A DNA stretch of 64,000 bases from Azolla caroliniana (taxonomy: Eukaryota; Plantae; Polypodiophyta), in NCBI GenBank assembly GCA_043228905.1, contig JBHGNT010000007.1, positions 16,926,001-16,990,000 of the forward strand, in the 5' to 3' direction. Position 1 is the stretch's first letter. Every line of letters starts with the position of its first letter. Positions 60,172 through 64,000 of this stretch are shown one piece after another. Both the position numbers and the translations under genes were made by a program. The notes below the pieces were generated by a model. It had not been told where the DNA came from, did not search any database, and was given only the letters and a program-made list of their open reading frames with translations.

Positions 60172-63100
60172 AAGATCCAGTCCTATATGAGTAGAGTAGT
60201 AGTAGTTTATAGTTATGCATATGTATATGTATATAAGTTTAAATTCAAAGGATCTTTGTAAAGAAGAGAAACATAAACTATACATATATAGCTAGCTAGC
60301 TCTCTATCTCTTTCTCCATCACTCTTAGTTAATGCTCTTTTAAGGAAAAGCAAAGCCCAAAAGCTTAAAAAGCCTACCTTACATCCCCATGTTGCATCAA
60401 ACCTCCCCATGTTACACCAGACCCTCCCCCATGTTACACCAAAAGTCAAGTGGTTAAGAAATGCAAAAGAAATGACCCACATTCACACATACATGATTCT
60501 GCTTTTTAACTCTTTTGACACCCACCTTTATTACCCCTCAAGATATGCATCGGATCAATGCATGTTCTCGTGATACTGTTTTCTATTCGCCTCCCTCTCT
60601 TTCTCATTTGAGGGCCATTCCCACCCGACTCCCCCAACTTATGCATTCAGACACTTTCGATGGACCATCTTGGTGTCCTCACAATGATCATGTGGTAAGC
60701 TTGATCGTATAGCCTCTAATATGGTAAAGGTTTGATATATAGTGTCACAAAGGCTAGCACTCCCTATGAACCATCGTGGTGTCATGTGGTAGGCTCATCA
60801 TATAACATCTAGAGTAGCAAAGGCCTAATGTTTAGTGTCACAAAGGCCGAAACTAGATATTAATAAGGTTTTGGACTCAATATATAGTCAATGCTCCTTG
60901 AAAGAATGACTTACCTCTTACCTTTTATCCCAGTCCACACCCTAGAATGATGGCCCCAACAAATGTCATAGCTTGGAATAGGAACTTTGGGCATTTTGAA
61001 CTTGGGACTATAAATGGGTTCATGAAGCCAAGAGAGGAGTTTCAAGCTCTCATCCTAATGTTTAGCTTCAATCATAGTACCAAAAATGATTAATTAGGAA
61101 AATACTAACACTCCACACAAAGCTTGGCATAGTGTGTGAGTTTGCAAAGTCAATATGAAGAGGAATGACATCTCAATTGTTGAATTTTTAACTAAGATAG
61201 ATCATGACACCAAATTGATTCTATACAATTAGTTCATTAAGTCAATGTATCAAATCTGAAACCACTAGGTGCCTAAGGTAATGTATAATACGAGATGCGT
61301 AATTTAAAATGTTTCATGGGTTAGAGAGTATTTCTTGTTAAAAATATTTCATGTTAAGGAGTAATGCCCCATTAAGTTACTTCATGCGCAAATGAGCTTC
61401 GGAATACATAGTAGACCACGAGTTCTAGTATGTATGTCATAGACTCATAACATATAAGAAACATTACGGTACATATGAAAATACGCACAAATAAGCTTCA
61501 CAATATTTGAACATGAGCACTATTATGCATGGTATGAATTATAAGAAACAATGCAATACATATGAAGACTTCGAAGGGTGCAAATAAAGCCTAATTGTTG
61601 TGTGACAATAGTGTCTAGCTTAATCCCACATGATGGCCTCAAAGCTACACACGATTCTAATTTATGAGTTTATAACAAGCAAATGTTCATTGATATAGTG
61701 CATACAAACATAAACATAGAGATGATTGTATATGATCGTGCTCTCAAGTTCGATAGCATGACCTATATCTCACCAATGAGAGAGAGTGAGATGAAGAGAT
61801 ATTATGCCACAAGATCTTGATAAATTAAATGTGTGTAAAACCCATGTAGTATAAATTAGAAGGCAATTTTAAATATTTTAGTGCAAGATTTAGGAGGAAA
61901 TGTTGAATCCAAATCCAAAAAGTCGAACATGCAAACATGATCGTCATTGTGGCCTTCCTCTCACCGTCTCAAAAGACCCACGATGACTTTATATGTACTT
62001 CCTTCTCGACTTTTATGCATCTAAATGTTATTGTTTCAACAAGTTTCCTACCTTTTCCGGACAATGTGTTGCAATAGTCAAACACACACACACACAATGA
62101 TCTTGTATATACTATATTTATAGTCCCTAGAGACTCATATTATCTAGAATCTAGAGTTAGGTATAAACGTAATGTTGATGTTGATTTGCTTATGATCTCA
62201 AATTAAATCAATCTCCAAGACGTTACATGTATTCCGCATTACGAGGTATTCGTATTCCCACGTCTATACTTAGTTTAGCCATCTATACAATGTGTACAAG
62301 TATATACATGTGCATTTGCATACATATATGAATATATATATCTTTGGTATATTTCCTTATTATAAAGTGTGGGAAAATGTGGACGACATATTACATTATG
62401 TCAAACCTATAATGACACATGAGTAACTCCAAGAATCAATGCATTAGTCTGTAAAATGTGCAAGTATGTACATGTGCATATGCATATGTCATGAAAATAT
62501 ATATCTTTGGCATCCCTTTTACAGGTGTAGGAAAGTATGGAGGAGAATCAAACCTATAATGGCACATGAGTTACGGTCAATAAATGATTGCATGTTGAGA
62601 CATAGATTAGGGGTGTGGGAATATATCCTAATAACAAGTTGTGAAGCTTTAAAAGATAGGTTCAAATATATAGCATCTACATAAGGAAACAAAGATATTG
62701 AATAAGCACAAAAAGTTAAAGCATTCATAGATAAAGCTCATTTTTGCGTCAAAATTGATGAGATTACATATAAGATCATATGGTACCATGTCTAGACCTT
62801 ATGCTAGATATTAAAATAACACAATTTGTGGGATGGAGAACTCAAAAACGTGTTAACGTTAGGACAAGGATTTGAGATATTCCTTTACCATGTAGTGTCT
62901 CATGTTTTATGTCTAATAAGCATTCATTGTGGATGCATAAGGTTTGGATTCATCTTCTAGAACCTTTTCTCGTCACGGGATTTCCGACATTAAAGCTTTG
63001 CAATATACAATTTAATTCCAAAATTTATCACACAAAAATTATTATCATTTTTTGTCAAAGAACGGTGCAGGCATGTTGTTAGACAATTTGTCACCTTATT

Positions 63101-64000
63101 GTTAAATATTTGCAATTGCAAGTTGTGCACAAAAAATTACATAGAGTGTGATAACATGAGTTACGGTTGAGTGATAGTAAGAACAAGTAAAGGCTTGAGT
63201 GCTAAACTATATGTGTGTGTCTGATTGCTATTAACTGTTTAGTGTGAGAACTTGATCAGAGGGACATTCCCCGAACTATGTTTAAGCCTCCTTGTACAGT
63301 CTCTTTGTAATAATCCTTCCTAACTAATGGGAAAGTAGCTTCATTTTGGGAAAATAAAATAAAATTTGTTTAGTGTGTTAATGGTTACATACATAAATGT
63401 CTTTTATTCTAATAGAATCTATTATGCATTAAACTGAAAAGAAGAAGACAAAACCATGAAAAAAATTGAGAATTCAATGGAGCGCAGTAAAAAGGGTTGG
63501 TCGTGGATTTGTACTCCCATACATTTTTAGTTTTATACCAATTGTAGAATAAAACTGTCCAACTTGATTTCCAATCTTCAAGAAAATTAGGAAGCATCAT
63601 TTGAATGCTTTATGTTAAATATATGGCCTTCAAAAACCATGTAAAGTAAACGTTGATAATATAGATCATTGGCGTTTGATTTTGAATACTATTATGATTG
63701 TAATTTTCCCCACTTTGTTAACAATCTTTTTTGGGGGCTTGGAAACACACAATTATATCAATAAATGTTTTTGATAAATAGTACAATGATACCATTATCG
63801 AGTCACTGCTAACTACGTAGTAGGACATGTTGAATCGCTAATAAGCAAGACAAACACTCCACCAAGGTCAGATTTTCAACTTGCTACAAAAAACAAAACT
63901 ATCAGATCATTACTCCCTTCAACTTATGAACTACATCCTACCATCAAATACAAAAGCATTGCACATATCAAGATTTTGACTTAATTCCCAATATCTAAGT

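Noticed and set aside
60000-64000. Short ORFs and local repeats upstream of the 928-aa gene
   Set aside because: AT-rich sequence with microsatellites and short diverged repeats; no recognisable domain, TIR/TSD or splice-consistent exons found.

Overview
Eukaryotic, land-plant-type genomic DNA; a non-seed plant such as a fern is suggested by Tcn1-like chromoviruses and PLS-PPR remnants (inference only). Left: the last 13 exons of an M3 (thimet oligopeptidase-like) peptidase gene at 42-9515 (+), with TE-filled introns. Centre (~11.6-52.2 kb): a nested TE stack with about 8 decayed Ty1/Copia copies or fragments, Tcn1-like Ty3/Gypsy chromoviruses, solo LTRs, two non-autonomous hAT elements (a third lies in the peptidase intron), and one nearly intact full-length LINE with RTEX-like ORF2. 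Right: PPR pseudogene fragments and an intronless 928-aa gene of the SPRISFS/ADxLF/VxPVLNVP plant family (-). Five signals stand out. (1) LINE ORF1 and ORF2 are in the same frame, separated only by TGA-CGG, a viral-type readthrough context. (2) The chromovirus LTRs combine an antisense tRNA-like A/B-box module with heat-shock-element arrays. (3) One chromovirus shows tRNA-independent self-priming complementarity. (4) One 5' LTR carries an inversion shaped like a self-primed strong-stop cDNA. (5) A -1 frameshift cassette lies at the gag/pol junction.
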